Assembly: GCA_031431875.1 (NCBI GenBank)
Contig: JANPEF010000088.1
Location: 1 to 48,569 of the forward strand
Origin: Candidatus Eiseniibacteriota bacterium
Lineage (GTDB): Bacteria; Eisenbacteria; RBG-16-71-46; DASYSL01
DNA: 48,569 nucleotides
Direction of reading: 5' to 3'
Under the pieces are notes generated by a model. It was not told the DNA's origin, made no database searches, and was given only the letters and a program-made list of their open reading frames with translations. Positions 34,617 through 45,453 of this stretch are shown in pieces. Position 1 is the first letter of the stretch; every line of letters starts with the position of its first letter. The position numbers were made by a program, and so were the translations under genes.

Positions 34617-35665
34617 TCGCGCCGGCGCGGGCGCCGCGCGCGCCGGACCGCCTCTTGCGCTTCGTCCGCGTCGACCCGCGGGCGCATGCGCTCACGGTCG
34701 CACCGCGCAGCGCGCTCGTCGCGCAATTCGCGCCCGGCGACCTGCTCGTGGTCAACGACGCGGCGACGCTCCCGGCATCGCTCGCAGGGCACACCGCCGA
34801 CGGCAAGGCGATCGAGCTGCGCCTGACGGGCCCGATCGAGGCCGACGGCACTGCGACCGGCGTGGTCTTCGGGGCCGGCACGTGGCGCGCGCGCACCGAG
34901 GGGCGGGCCCTCGCTCCGTCGCTCGGGCGCGGCACGCGCGTGGTGCTGGCGGGCGGCCTCGAAGCGCACGTCATCGCCGTCGACCCCGCGCGGGCGCGCC
35001 TCGTGCGCATCGCGTTCGACGGCCGCGGCGATGCGCTCGAGCGCGCCGTCTACGCCGCGGGGCGACCTGTGCAGTACGCGCACCACGCCTCGGAGCTCGA
35101 CCTGTGGGAGGTGCAGACCATCTACGCGGGACGACCGTGGGCGGTCGAGGCGCCGTCGGCGGGCTTCGCGCTCGATACCGCGATGCTCGTTGCGCTGCGC
35201 GCCCGCGGCGTCGCAGTGGCGCGCCTCACGCATGCGGCCGGGCTGTCCTCGACCGGCGACCGCGCGATCGACGCGGCGCTGCCGTTGCCCGAGCGCTTCG
35301 AAGTGCCCGCTGCGACGGTGCGCGCGGTTTCCCGAGCACGCCGCTGTGGCGGACGCGTGATCGCCATCGGCACGTCCGTCGCGCGCGCGCTCGAAGGAAA
35401 CGCGGCGCTCCACGGCGGCCGCCTGGTCGCCGCCTGCGGCATCACCGATCACCTGCTGGGGCCCGGCGCCCGGCGCCGGGTGGTCGACGGGTTATGGAGC
35501 GGCCTGCACGAACCCGGTGCCAGCCACTTCGCGTTGTGGACCAGTTTCGCGTCGGAACCGATTCTGCGGCGGGCACTCGCGGTGGCCGAGGCCGCTGGAA
35601 TGGTCGGCGAGGAGTTCGGCGACGGGCTGCTGATCCTGCCCTACGCCCCCGTGCCGGCGGCGTGA
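34613..35665 (+). CDS. QueA-family (SAM:tRNA ribosyltransferase-isomerase-like) divergent paralog
   Basis: PGDLLVVNDAATLPASL, VQTIYA, AVEAPSAG, PERFEV, RVIAIGTSVARALE, GLHEPGASH, EFGDGLLI line up with QueA motifs but with substitutions. GTGA overlap with the SDR gene. Confidence 0.82.
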   Translation: MIAPARAPRAPDRLLRFVRVDPRAHALTVAPRSALVAQFAPGDLLVVNDAATLPASLAGHTADGKAIELRLTGPIEADGTATGVVFGAGTWRARTEGRALAPSLGRGTRVVLAGGLEAHVIAVDPARARLVRIAFDGRGDALERAVYAAGRPVQYAHHASELDLWEVQTIYAGRPWAVEAPSAGFALDTAMLVALRARGVAVARLTHAAGLSSTGDRAIDAALPLPERFEVPAATVRAVSRARRCGGRVIAIGTSVARALEGNAALHGGRLVAACGITDHLLGPGARRRVVDGLWSGLHEPGASHFALWTSFASEPILRRALAVAEAAGMVGEEFGDGLLILPYAPVPAA

Positions 35666-36432
35666 GCCCGGTGCGTGCGCGTCAGGCGTGCGGCCGCGGC
35701 CTCGTCGAGGAGCCACACGAGCCGGCCCGACGCCGGCCGCACCCGCGCCACCGGCGGCAGCGCTCCGGCTGTCGCGTCGGCGCGCGGCTCGAGCGCGGCC
35801 GCGACGGCGGCCGCCTTCTCGGCGCCGGTGGCGATCACGACAACGCGACGCCCCGCCGACAGCACGGGAAGTGTGAGCGTGATGCGCCGCGGCAGGGGTT
35901 CGGGCGCATCGTCGACCACGCACACCGCGCGATCGCTCACCTCGAGCGCCGGCGAGCGCGGGAACAACGACGCGGTGTGCCCGTCGGTGCCCACCCCGAG
36001 CAGGATCAGGTCGAGCACCGGCGGGCCAGGGACCTCGCCGCCGAGTGCAATCTGCAGAGCCGCGTCGTAGCGCGCCGCAGCAGCCGCCAGATCGCCCGCC
36101 GCGCCGTCCATCGGGTGGACCTGCGCGGGGGGCACCGGGACCGAGTCGAGGAACGGCGAGGCCGCCTGCGCGTTGCTGCGCGCGTCGTCGGCCGGCACGG
36201 CGCGCTCGTCCCCCCACCACAGGTGCGTGCGATGCCAGGCGTAGTCGAGGTCGGGTTCCTCGGCGACGGCGCGATACAGCGCCAGCGGCGTGCTGCCTCC
36301 CGCGAGCGCGACGTGGATCGCGCCGCGCGCCGCGAGTGCGTGCCGTACCGCGTCGACCCACAGGCGTGCGCCCGCGCGCGAGACGCCGACGGGATCGGCG
36401 GCGACGACGACATGCGGACGCAGCGGCTCCAT
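35641..36432 (-). CDS. pgl: 6-phosphogluconolactonase
   Basis: ALAGGSTP, WGDERAVP..D.RSN, DLILLGVGTDGHTASLFP, RITLT.PV, G.EKA. Confidence 0.93.
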   Translation of the reverse strand: MEPLRPHVVVAADPVGVSRAGARLWVDAVRHALAARGAIHVALAGGSTPLALYRAVAEEPDLDYAWHRTHLWWGDERAVPADDARSNAQAASPFLDSVPVPPAQVHPMDGAAGDLAAAAARYDAALQIALGGEVPGPPVLDLILLGVGTDGHTASLFPRSPALEVSDRAVCVVDDAPEPLPRRITLTLPVLSAGRRVVVIATGAEKAAAVAAALEPRADATAGALPPVARVRPASGRLVWLLDEAAAARLTRTHRAHAAGTGA

Positions 36433-36433
36433 G

Positions 36434-37861
36434 TCAGGCTCCCCCGGCGGCTGCCGGCACGTCGGTGTGCAACGTCGGCAACCCGGCGGCGATCCACGCC
36501 GCGGTGCCGCCGATCACGTTGACGATCGGGCCCTCGTGATGGCGCGCGAGCAGGCTCGCGGCGATGGCAGAGCGATAGCCGCCCTGGCAGGTCACCGCCA
36601 GCGGTGCGGATACGTCGCGCAGTGGATCGGCCACGGGGCCCGGCCCCGCGAGCGCGCGCAGACCGTCGAGCGACAGGCGGTTCGCTGCCGGAATGCGCGT
36701 CGTGGCGAACTCCGTCGGGCGGCGCACGTCGACCAGGTGGAGCGCGCCGGGCGCGGCCGCGGCGAGCTCGTCCACCGTCATCTGCGTGAAGGCGCGCACG
36801 GGACGGCCGGCCGCCTCCCAGGCCGCGACGCCACCATCGAGGTAACCGACCACGTTCTCGAGGCCGACGCGGGCGAGCCGCATGCGCGCCTCGGCGACGT
36901 CGTCGACGCTCTCGGTCAGCAGTACGAGCGGAGCGTCAATCGGCAGCAGCGCCCCCGCCCACGGCGCGAACTGCCCGCCGAGACCGATGTGCACCGCGCC
37001 CGGCACGCTGCCGCCGAGGAACGCGTTCGCCTCGCGGACGTCGAGCACGAGGGCGCCCGCGGCGACCGCGCGCTCGACGGCGTTCGGCGTGAGCGCGGGC
37101 GGGGCGGGCAAGTCGGCCAGGGCGACAGCGCCGCGGCGATTGGTCTCGGCGTCGTGGCCGAAGTAGGCGGGCGGCGCCGCGAGGTCCGCGGTCACGAGGC
37201 GGACAAACGCCTCCTTGTCCATGGGCCGCAGCGCCAGGTTGAAGCGGCGCTGCTCGCCGATCGTGCTCGAGCGCTCGCGGCTGATGTTGCGCCCGCAGGC
37301 CGAGCCCGCGCCGTGCGCCGGATACACCTCGACGGCGTCGGGCAGCACGAGGATCTTCGTGCGCAGCGAATCGTAGAGCATGCCCGCCATCTCGTCGCCG
37401 GTGAAGCCCTTCGAGGTCACGAGGTCGGGCCGGCCCACGTCGCCGATGAACAGCGTGTCGCCGGTGAGGAGACGCGGCGCGGTGTCGGCCTTGGCCTCGT
37501 CGGTCACGAGGTAGCAGACGCCCTCGGGCGTGTGGCCCGGGGTCTCGAGCACGTCGATGCGCACCGCCCCGAGGCGCAGCGTGTCGCCGTCCTTCACCGG
37601 CCGGTGAGGAAACTCCGCTCCCGCGCGATGCCCGAGCACGATCGTCGCCCCGGTGCGCGCCGCCAGCTCGACGTGGCCCGAGACGAAGTCCGCGTGCAGG
37701 TGCGTCTCGAGCACCCACTTGATGGTGAGCCCATGGGCGCTCGCCGCGGCGAGGTACTGCTCGACGTCGCGCTGCGGATCGACCACGGCGGCTTCGCCAC
37801 CGTCGCCGATCAGGTAGGAAGCGTGGGCAAGGCAGGACAGGTAGAACGACTCGAACACCAT
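36434..37861 (-). CDS. MBL-fold persulfide dioxygenase-like protein fused to two rhodanese domains (CstB/Blh-like)
   Basis: ETHLHADFVSG, TPGHTPE, TGDTLFIGDVGRPDL, PAHGAGSACG; rhodanese DVR motifs and active-site VTCQGGYRS. GGGAG RBS before ATG 37861. Confidence 0.88.
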   Translation of the reverse strand: MVFESFYLSCLAHASYLIGDGGEAAVVDPQRDVEQYLAAASAHGLTIKWVLETHLHADFVSGHVELAARTGATIVLGHRAGAEFPHRPVKDGDTLRLGAVRIDVLETPGHTPEGVCYLVTDEAKADTAPRLLTGDTLFIGDVGRPDLVTSKGFTGDEMAGMLYDSLRTKILVLPDAVEVYPAHGAGSACGRNISRERSSTIGEQRRFNLALRPMDKEAFVRLVTADLAAPPAYFGHDAETNRRGAVALADLPAPPALTPNAVERAVAAGALVLDVREANAFLGGSVPGAVHIGLGGQFAPWAGALLPIDAPLVLLTESVDDVAEARMRLARVGLENVVGYLDGGVAAWEAAGRPVRAFTQMTVDELAAAAPGALHLVDVRRPTEFATTRIPAANRLSLDGLRALAGPGPVADPLRDVSAPLAVTCQGGYRSAIAASLLARHHEGPIVNVIGGTAAWIAAGLPTLHTDVPAAAGGA

Positions 37862-37889
37862 GCGTGCGCTCCCCTCCCGCCCGCGGAAC

Positions 37890-38963
37890 TCATGGGCGGA
37901 TCTCGAAGATTCGGTTGAACGACGTCTCGGCCGCGCGGCGGAAGCGCTTGAACCCGGCAGCCACGACGATGGCCCGGATCTCGGCATCGCTCGCCTGCGC
38001 GCCGAGCGCTCGCCCGGGCGCCTGCGACAACCCGTTCGGCGTGCAGATCAACGTCGACGCCCCATAGAACACGCGGCCCACTGGATTCAGGTTCGCGCTC
38101 ACCGACTCGCCGGCCATCGGCTCGACCATGAGCCACGTCCCGTCCGGCGCCAGGGCCTTGCGAACCTGGCGGGCCGCGCCGAGCGGATCGCCCATGTCGT
38201 GAAAGCAGTCGAAGAAAGCGACCAGATCATACCCCACGCCGGGGAAGTCCTGCGCCATCGCGATGGCGAAGCGCGCGCGATCCTCGACCCCCGCAGCCCG
38301 TGCCCGCTGACGCGCCGTGTCGATCGAGGGCCCGTGCGCGTCGAAGCCGTCGAAGTGCGATCGGGGATAGGCGTTTGCCAGCAGCAGCGTCGAGGCGCCG
38401 TGCCCGCACCCGACGTCGGCGACGCGGGCGCCCGCTTGGAGCTTCGCCGTCACGCCTTCGAGCGCGGGGATCCACGCGCTCGTCAGGTACGTCGCGTAGC
38501 TGGGCCGGAAGAATCGCTCGGTGCCGATGAACAGTTCCGCGTCGTGCGCGCTCCACGGCACGGCGCCGTCGCCGCGCATCGCGGCTTCGATCCTGTCGAG
38601 TGATCGGCCGGCGGCAAGGCACACCTGGTAGAACCCGGGGAGGAACGCCGGGCTCGACTCATCGGCGAAGCAGAACGCCTGCTCGGCATTGAGCGCGTAG
38701 CGGCCCTTCGCCGCGTCGTAATCGACATTGCCCGCGGCGGCCTGCGCATTGAGCCACTCACGAACGAGACGCGGGGCGGTCTTCGTTGCCGCGGCGAGTT
38801 CCTCGGCGGTGGCAGGTCCGCTGTCGGCGAGCGCACGGAAGAGGCCGAGGCGATCGCCGAGAACGACCAGCGGCGCGGTCATGGCGGCACCCATGTCCTG
38901 CACGGCGTGTCCGAGGAAGGCGTCGAGTCTCACGGGGTCGACGGGATGAACGGTCGCTTGCAT
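37890..38963 (-). CDS. Class I SAM-dependent methyltransferase with N-terminal winged helix (Rv2258c-like)
   Basis: GDRLGLF..LA..GP.T.EELA..REWL..QAAAG; VADVGCGHG; FFDCFHDMGDP; AGFKRFRRAAETSFN. AGGAG RBS. Confidence 0.9.
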   Translation of the reverse strand: MQATVHPVDPVRLDAFLGHAVQDMGAAMTAPLVVLGDRLGLFRALADSGPATAEELAAATKTAPRLVREWLNAQAAAGNVDYDAAKGRYALNAEQAFCFADESSPAFLPGFYQVCLAAGRSLDRIEAAMRGDGAVPWSAHDAELFIGTERFFRPSYATYLTSAWIPALEGVTAKLQAGARVADVGCGHGASTLLLANAYPRSHFDGFDAHGPSIDTARQRARAAGVEDRARFAIAMAQDFPGVGYDLVAFFDCFHDMGDPLGAARQVRKALAPDGTWLMVEPMAGESVSANLNPVGRVFYGASTLICTPNGLSQAPGRALGAQASDAEIRAIVVAAGFKRFRRAAETSFNRIFEIRP

Positions 38964-39086
38964 GATGACGGACTCCTGCGGAGAGGGGCTCCGCGCTGTG
39001 GACTGCGGGGGGAGGGGTGGCCACCGGGAGGCGGCCCGGCACGACGGTGCACCTGCCGTCGTCGCTCGTCAACAGCGAGTCCTGGG

Positions 39087-40198
39087 CTAGTCCGGGGTGG
39101 TCCCGCCCAGCCAGGTCGCGGCCCGCAGCAGGGCCCGCTCGTAGAGCTCGTCCGGCACCGCCTCGGCGACCAGGCGCCCCACGAGGTCCGCCAGCGGCGC
39201 GGGATCGAGCGGCCGACGTGCCGGCAGCGCGCAGGCATCCGCGGCCGTGAGCGACAGGACGAGCGCCCGGCCGTTCTCAGCCAGCGCGACCTCGAGTCGT
39301 CCGTCGGGATGCTGCGCCTCGAGCCCGACCCGGCGCACGCCTTCTCCCGGAACCGGCGTGAGCACGACGGCCGCAGCGGCCGTCTCCCCCGCCCCATCGC
39401 CCGCCTCGACCCGCGCCCGCTCGCCCGGTGCGTCGGCCGCGCGCGCCGACTCGGCGCGATCGACGATCCAGCCGGCCAGCAGCGCCGCGCCGACGATCGC
39501 GTCGGCGCCGTGCTCGACCACGACCCGATCCAGGTGCCCCGCCAGCGACGCGGCAGCCGGCTCATCGAAGAGCGCCGCCACCGCCTCACGCCACGGCTCG
39601 AGACGCGCCCACTCGAGGTCGGCCGGCGACCAGCGATCGTTGCGCTCGGTGTGCACGAGGTCGACCAGCGTGCGCGCGGGATCGGGACAGGCGCGACTGT
39701 CGAACACCAGGCGATCGGCCACGTCGAGCAGGCGCTCGAGCGCGGGATCGTCGAAGTCGACGCCGCCGGTGATCCACACGAACACGGGGAGGTCGGGCAC
39801 GAGCAGCGGCACGATTGCGCTGGCGGCGCGCCGGCGCGCCGCGCTGCCGATGGCGAGCGTGACCTGCTCGCAGCACACGTGGCGACGACCGGGACGCACG
39901 ACGCAGTGCGCGGTGAGCGAAGCCTCGAGACGATCCGCAGGACCGGGCGTGGCGACGACGAGGAAGGCGCGCGCCGGATGCTCGGTCGCGACCGCGACCA
40001 GCGCGTCGTCCGCGGCCTCCGCAGCGGGGCCGGCCGCGCACAGGGCGATGAGATTGCGCGCGCAGGCGCGCGTCACCGCGGCGCCGTCGGCCTCGCTCGC
40101 GCCCTCCCACAGGCGGCGCAACTCGGTCGACAGCGAGGCGATGTCGACCGGCAGCACGCCACCGCCGCCCAGCACCTCCCGCCCGGATCCGTCGACGA

Positions 40199-40202
<4 letters not shown>
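39087..40202 (-). CDS. opcA: Glucose-6-phosphate dehydrogenase assembly/activator protein OpcA
   Basis: HPAR, CCEQVTL, PLLVPDLPVFVW, DRLVFDS, DLEWARLEPWRE..A.LFD. GTGA overlap with zwf. Confidence 0.88.
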
Positions 40203-41766
<1,564 letters not shown>

Positions 41767-41770
<4 letters not shown>

Positions 41771-44694
41771 GCCGGCGATCCGGTCGCCGGGGACGGCACG
41801 CTCTCGAGGCGCGCGACGACGGCGGCCAGCGCCGCTTCGCGCGAACCCTCGAGGTGCAAGCGCAGCACACGACGGCCGCGCGCGGCGAGCGCTTCGACGT
41901 CGCCGGCAGCCTGCGCGTCGCACAGCACGCCGAACGACCACGGCCGCTCCGGCACCGCCAGGTCGAGCGCGGTCTCGAACGTGAGGACGAGGAAGGCGAA
42001 CTCCACCGGCCCACCCTTGTGCAGCTGTCCGGTGGAGTGGAGATAGCGTGGGCCGAACCCGAGCGTGGTCGCCACCCGCGTGCGCTCGTGCACCGCGCGG
42101 CGCAGGCGCCCGGCGAGCGCTGCCTCGGGCGGCGCGAGATCCCCGTAGACGAGAAGCGCCCACGCGTCAGGCGGCGCGAGCGACGCAAGATGTGCAGCGA
42201 GCACGCGGGAAACGGCGTGGCCCTTCTCCCCTGCCGCAGCGGCGATCGGGCGCAGCGCGGCACCGGCCGGCCCGGGCGCGAACAACGCGATCCCGTCCTC
42301 GCGCACGAGCGCGGCGTCGTCGTGCAGCGGGCGGCCCGAGACGAAGCGGGCGAGCGCCTGCTCGGTATTGGCCTTGCTCTCGGCCACGTTCGGCTCGTCG
42401 AACGGATCGACGCCGAGCACCGCGGCGGCCACCGCGGTCGCGTGCTCGAAGCGCACGAACTCACCGGCGAGGGCCGTGCGATCGTCGAGGACGATCGTCA
42501 CCACCGGATGGCCTGCCGCGGCGAGAGCCGCGAGAGCCGCGTCCGTGGTGCCGTCCGCCGCGGACGTCGTCCCGCCGGCGAGCGCGATACGCACGAAGAG
42601 GCGATCGTCACCATACGCCGCGGGAAGCCCCAGTGGCTCGCCGTCGACCGGCACGATACCTGTGCCCTGCTTGCCCGTGCTCTCGGCGATCAGCTGCTCG
42701 AGCCACGCGCCGAGCGCGCCGATCCCGGGATCGATCGCGAACGTGAGCTTGTCGCGCCCGGCCTTCGCCGCTTCGCCGAGGATCGCGCCGAGCACGAGTC
42801 CGGGGTTCTCGTCGGCGCGCGCGCGCGGCCCGCAGGCGGCGGACATCGCTTGCGCGGAGCGGGCGAGCGCGGCAAGGTCGATCCCGAGCAGTGCCGCGGG
42901 CACCAGCCCGAATGCGGTGAGCGCCGAGTAGCGTCCGCCCACGTCGGGCGGCGCGAGGAACGTGTGCCGCCAGCCGCCGCGCTGGGCCCGCGCCTCGAGG
43001 GCACTTCCCGGATCGGTGATGGCGACGAAGTGGCGGCCCGCGGCGTCGCCCACGACGGCACGGGCCGCCGCGTAGAAGAAGTCGGCGAAGGCGAGCGTCT
43101 CGGTGGTGCCGCCCGACTTGGTCGAGACCACGAACAGCGTCGTCGCCGGGTCGATCGCCGCACGCACACGCGCGACGGCGACCGGGTCCGTGCCGTCGAG
43201 CACGGTCAGCCTCAGGCGGCCGGCCACGGGCGCGAAGGTGCGGGCCCACAGGTCGGGACACAGCGACGAGCCGCCCATGCCGACGAGCACCGCGTCGGTG
43301 AAGCCCTCGGTCGCCACCTCGGCGGCGAACGCCTCGTACGCGGCGCGCTCCGGCTCGATCGCCGCAGCTGCAGCGAGCCAGCCCAGGCGGTTGACGATCG
43401 CCTTCTGCGCGGCCGGGTCGGCCGACCACAGCGTCGCGTCGCGCGCCGCCATGCGGGCCGCGAACTTCGCCGCGCCGAGCGCCTGCACGCGCGCGGCAAC
43501 CGCCGGCGCGAGCGGGCCGAGCGTCGCCCGCCAGCGTTCTGACGACAGCGCACGGACACCCTGCCGCCGCGCGTCGATCCCGGCCAGAAGCGTGACGAAC
43601 GAGTCGGCGAAGGAGCGCACGCCGTCGCGCTCGAGTTTCGCGCAGGCGTCGGCGAGCGAGATTCCCGTGCCGGCCAGGCGCGCCAGGGTGGCCTGGGCAG
43701 CGGTGACGTGCGCCGCGTCGACCCCGGGCTCGACTGTCCCGTGATCGGCGAACGCGTCGAGCGTCTCGGGCGGCGTCGTGTTCACCGTGTCGGGGCCGAT
43801 CAGCTCGGCGACGTACTTGACGTCGGAGTAGGCCTTGTTCTTGGTCCCGGTGCTGGCCCACAGCGGCCGCTGCTTGCGGGCGCCCTGCGCCGCCAGCGCC
43901 TCCCAGCGCGGCCCGGCGAACAGCCTGCCGAAGCGCCCGTAGGCCACGCGCGCATTGGCCACCGCGATCGTGCCCAGCAGCGAACGCGCGACGTCGCGCG
44001 TCGCCGGGGGCGTCGTGGACGCGGCGGCCAGCGCCGCCAGCTCGGGGTCGAGCAGTGTGTCGACGCGGCTGACGAAGAACGACGCGACCGAGGCGATCGG
44101 GCTGAGCGCACCGCCGGCGGCGACACGGTCCTCGAGCCCCGCGAGGTACGCCTCGACCACGCGCGCGTAGACCTCGACCGAGAAGATGAGCGTGACGTTG
44201 ACCGGGATCCCCGCGGCGATGACCGCACGGATGGCGGGCAGGCCCTCGGCAGTGGCGGGGATCTTGATCATGACGTTCGGCCGCGCGACGGCGGCGAACA
44301 GGCGCTTCGCCTCGGCGATGGTGCCCGCGCTGTCGTGGGCGAGCAGCGGCGAGACCTCGAGCGAGGCGAAGCCATCGGCGCCCTGGGTGCGCGCATGGAC
44401 CGGTCCCAGGACGTCGCAGGCGCGGCGGATGTCCTCGAGCGCGAGCGTATCGTAGACGGCGAACGCATCGGGCGCAGCCAGGGCCAGCGCGTCGAAGGCG
44501 CCGTCGTAGTCGGACGAGCCGCCGATCGCCTTCTCGAAGATGGTGGGATTCGAGGTGAGGCCCGAGATGCGACCGGCTGCGACCATGCCGGCGAGCTCGC
44601 CCGAATCGAGCAGCCCGCGACGGATGAAGTCGAGCCAGAGACTCTGCCCGGCGGCGAAGAGCGAACGGATCGGTGCGGGGGCGGCGGACGACAC
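41767..44694 (-). CDS. tal-pgi: Bifunctional transaldolase / glucose-6-phosphate isomerase fusion
   Basis: Tal part: WLDFI, TSNPTIF, SLEVSP, MIKIPAT, NVTLIFS, SFFVSRVD, LWASTGTK. Pgi part: GMGGSSL, KSGGTTET, VGGRYS, EQLIAESTGK, PFDEPNV.ESK. AGGAGG RBS. Confidence 0.93.
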
Positions 44695-44722
44695 GGAATC
44701 CTCCTGGGAGTCGGCGCGGGTG

Positions 44723-45082
44723 CTACGGCGTGTAGCGGCGATCCTCCATGAGCACGGTCAGCGTCTGCGTGCCGATGGTGAAGCCGGGGCGCATCTTTCC
44801 CTCGACGCCGACCTTCGCGCCTTCGCGCGGGACGCCGCCCTCCTTGGCCACCACGGGGAGCTTCCCGGTGCCGTCGTCGACCTCGTAGATGCCGGTGCCG
44901 AAGACGCCGATCGCGGACGTGACCGTGCCGGCGATCCGGACCGTCTGGTCCCTGTAGCGCGACGGGTCGTCGAGCACCTGCTTGATCGGGGTGATGTCCT
45001 TGCAGCCGATGGCGGCGAGCGCGATCAGGGCAGAGGCCAGGGCGAGGGTGCGGAACGAGGGGGACGACGGACGAGCGGTCAC
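44723..45082 (-). CDS. Small OB-fold lipoprotein
   Basis: AAGGAG RBS before GTG; lipobox LAAIG-C; TPIKQVL.DP..Y....V.I.G.V; YEVDDGTGKL.V; V.VEG. Confidence 0.8.
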   Translation of the reverse strand: MTARPSSPSFRTLALASALIALAAIGCKDITPIKQVLDDPSRYRDQTVRIAGTVTSAIGVFGTGIYEVDDGTGKLPVVAKEGGVPREGAKVGVEGKMRPGFTIGTQTLTVLMEDRRYTP

Positions 45083-45164
45083 GGGGCACTCCTTGCCGTT
45101 GCGGCGGGGACGTTTCCCCGACCTTACCCGCTCGCGGTGCGCGGCGCCACGCCTTCGATGGAGC

Positions 45165-45452
45165 CTAGCAGCAGGCGTCCCGCACGGGCGTCGGCGCGGA
45201 AAGTTCGTCGCTGACGGTCCGCACCGCGAGGCCAAGCCCGGCGAGCGCGGCGGCCAGGGTGGGTGCGGTGGTGGCGCCCGTCCGATAACCGACGTGGATC
45301 ACGCCCGCCGCGGCGACGACCCGGGCGACGACCACGCCCGGCAGCGCCAGCAACGCGGCCTGCGCGCGGACGGCCTCGTCGCGCTCGAGCGGCCGCTCGA
45401 GGTCGAAGGTGGCGTGCCGCGGGGTGCCCTTGCCGGCCAGGAACGCGAACAC
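45165..45452 (-). CDS. Small HMA/ferredoxin-like-fold protein ending in Cys-Cys
   Basis: GTG 1 nt after the cstA stop; AALLALPGV..ARV....G.I.VGY....T....LAAAL..LG pattern; ends DACC-stop. Confidence 0.6.
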   Translation of the reverse strand: MFAFLAGKGTPRHATFDLERPLERDEAVRAQAALLALPGVVVARVVAAAGVIHVGYRTGATTAPTLAAALAGLGLAVRTVSDELSAPTPVRDACC

Positions 45453-45453
45453 G

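Noticed and set aside
34613..35665. Calling this gene canonical queA
   Set aside because: Several near-invariant QueA motifs are altered and the context is SDR/XRE rather than tgt, so no symbol was assigned.
38964..39086. SAM/SAH riboswitch upstream of the methyltransferase
   Set aside because: Short hairpins are present but I could not match any riboswitch core; an Rfam/Infernal scan would settle it.
45165..45173. Selenocysteine at the end of the CstA partner protein
   Set aside because: Both terminal codons are TGC and the stop is TAG, so there is no UGA to recode.
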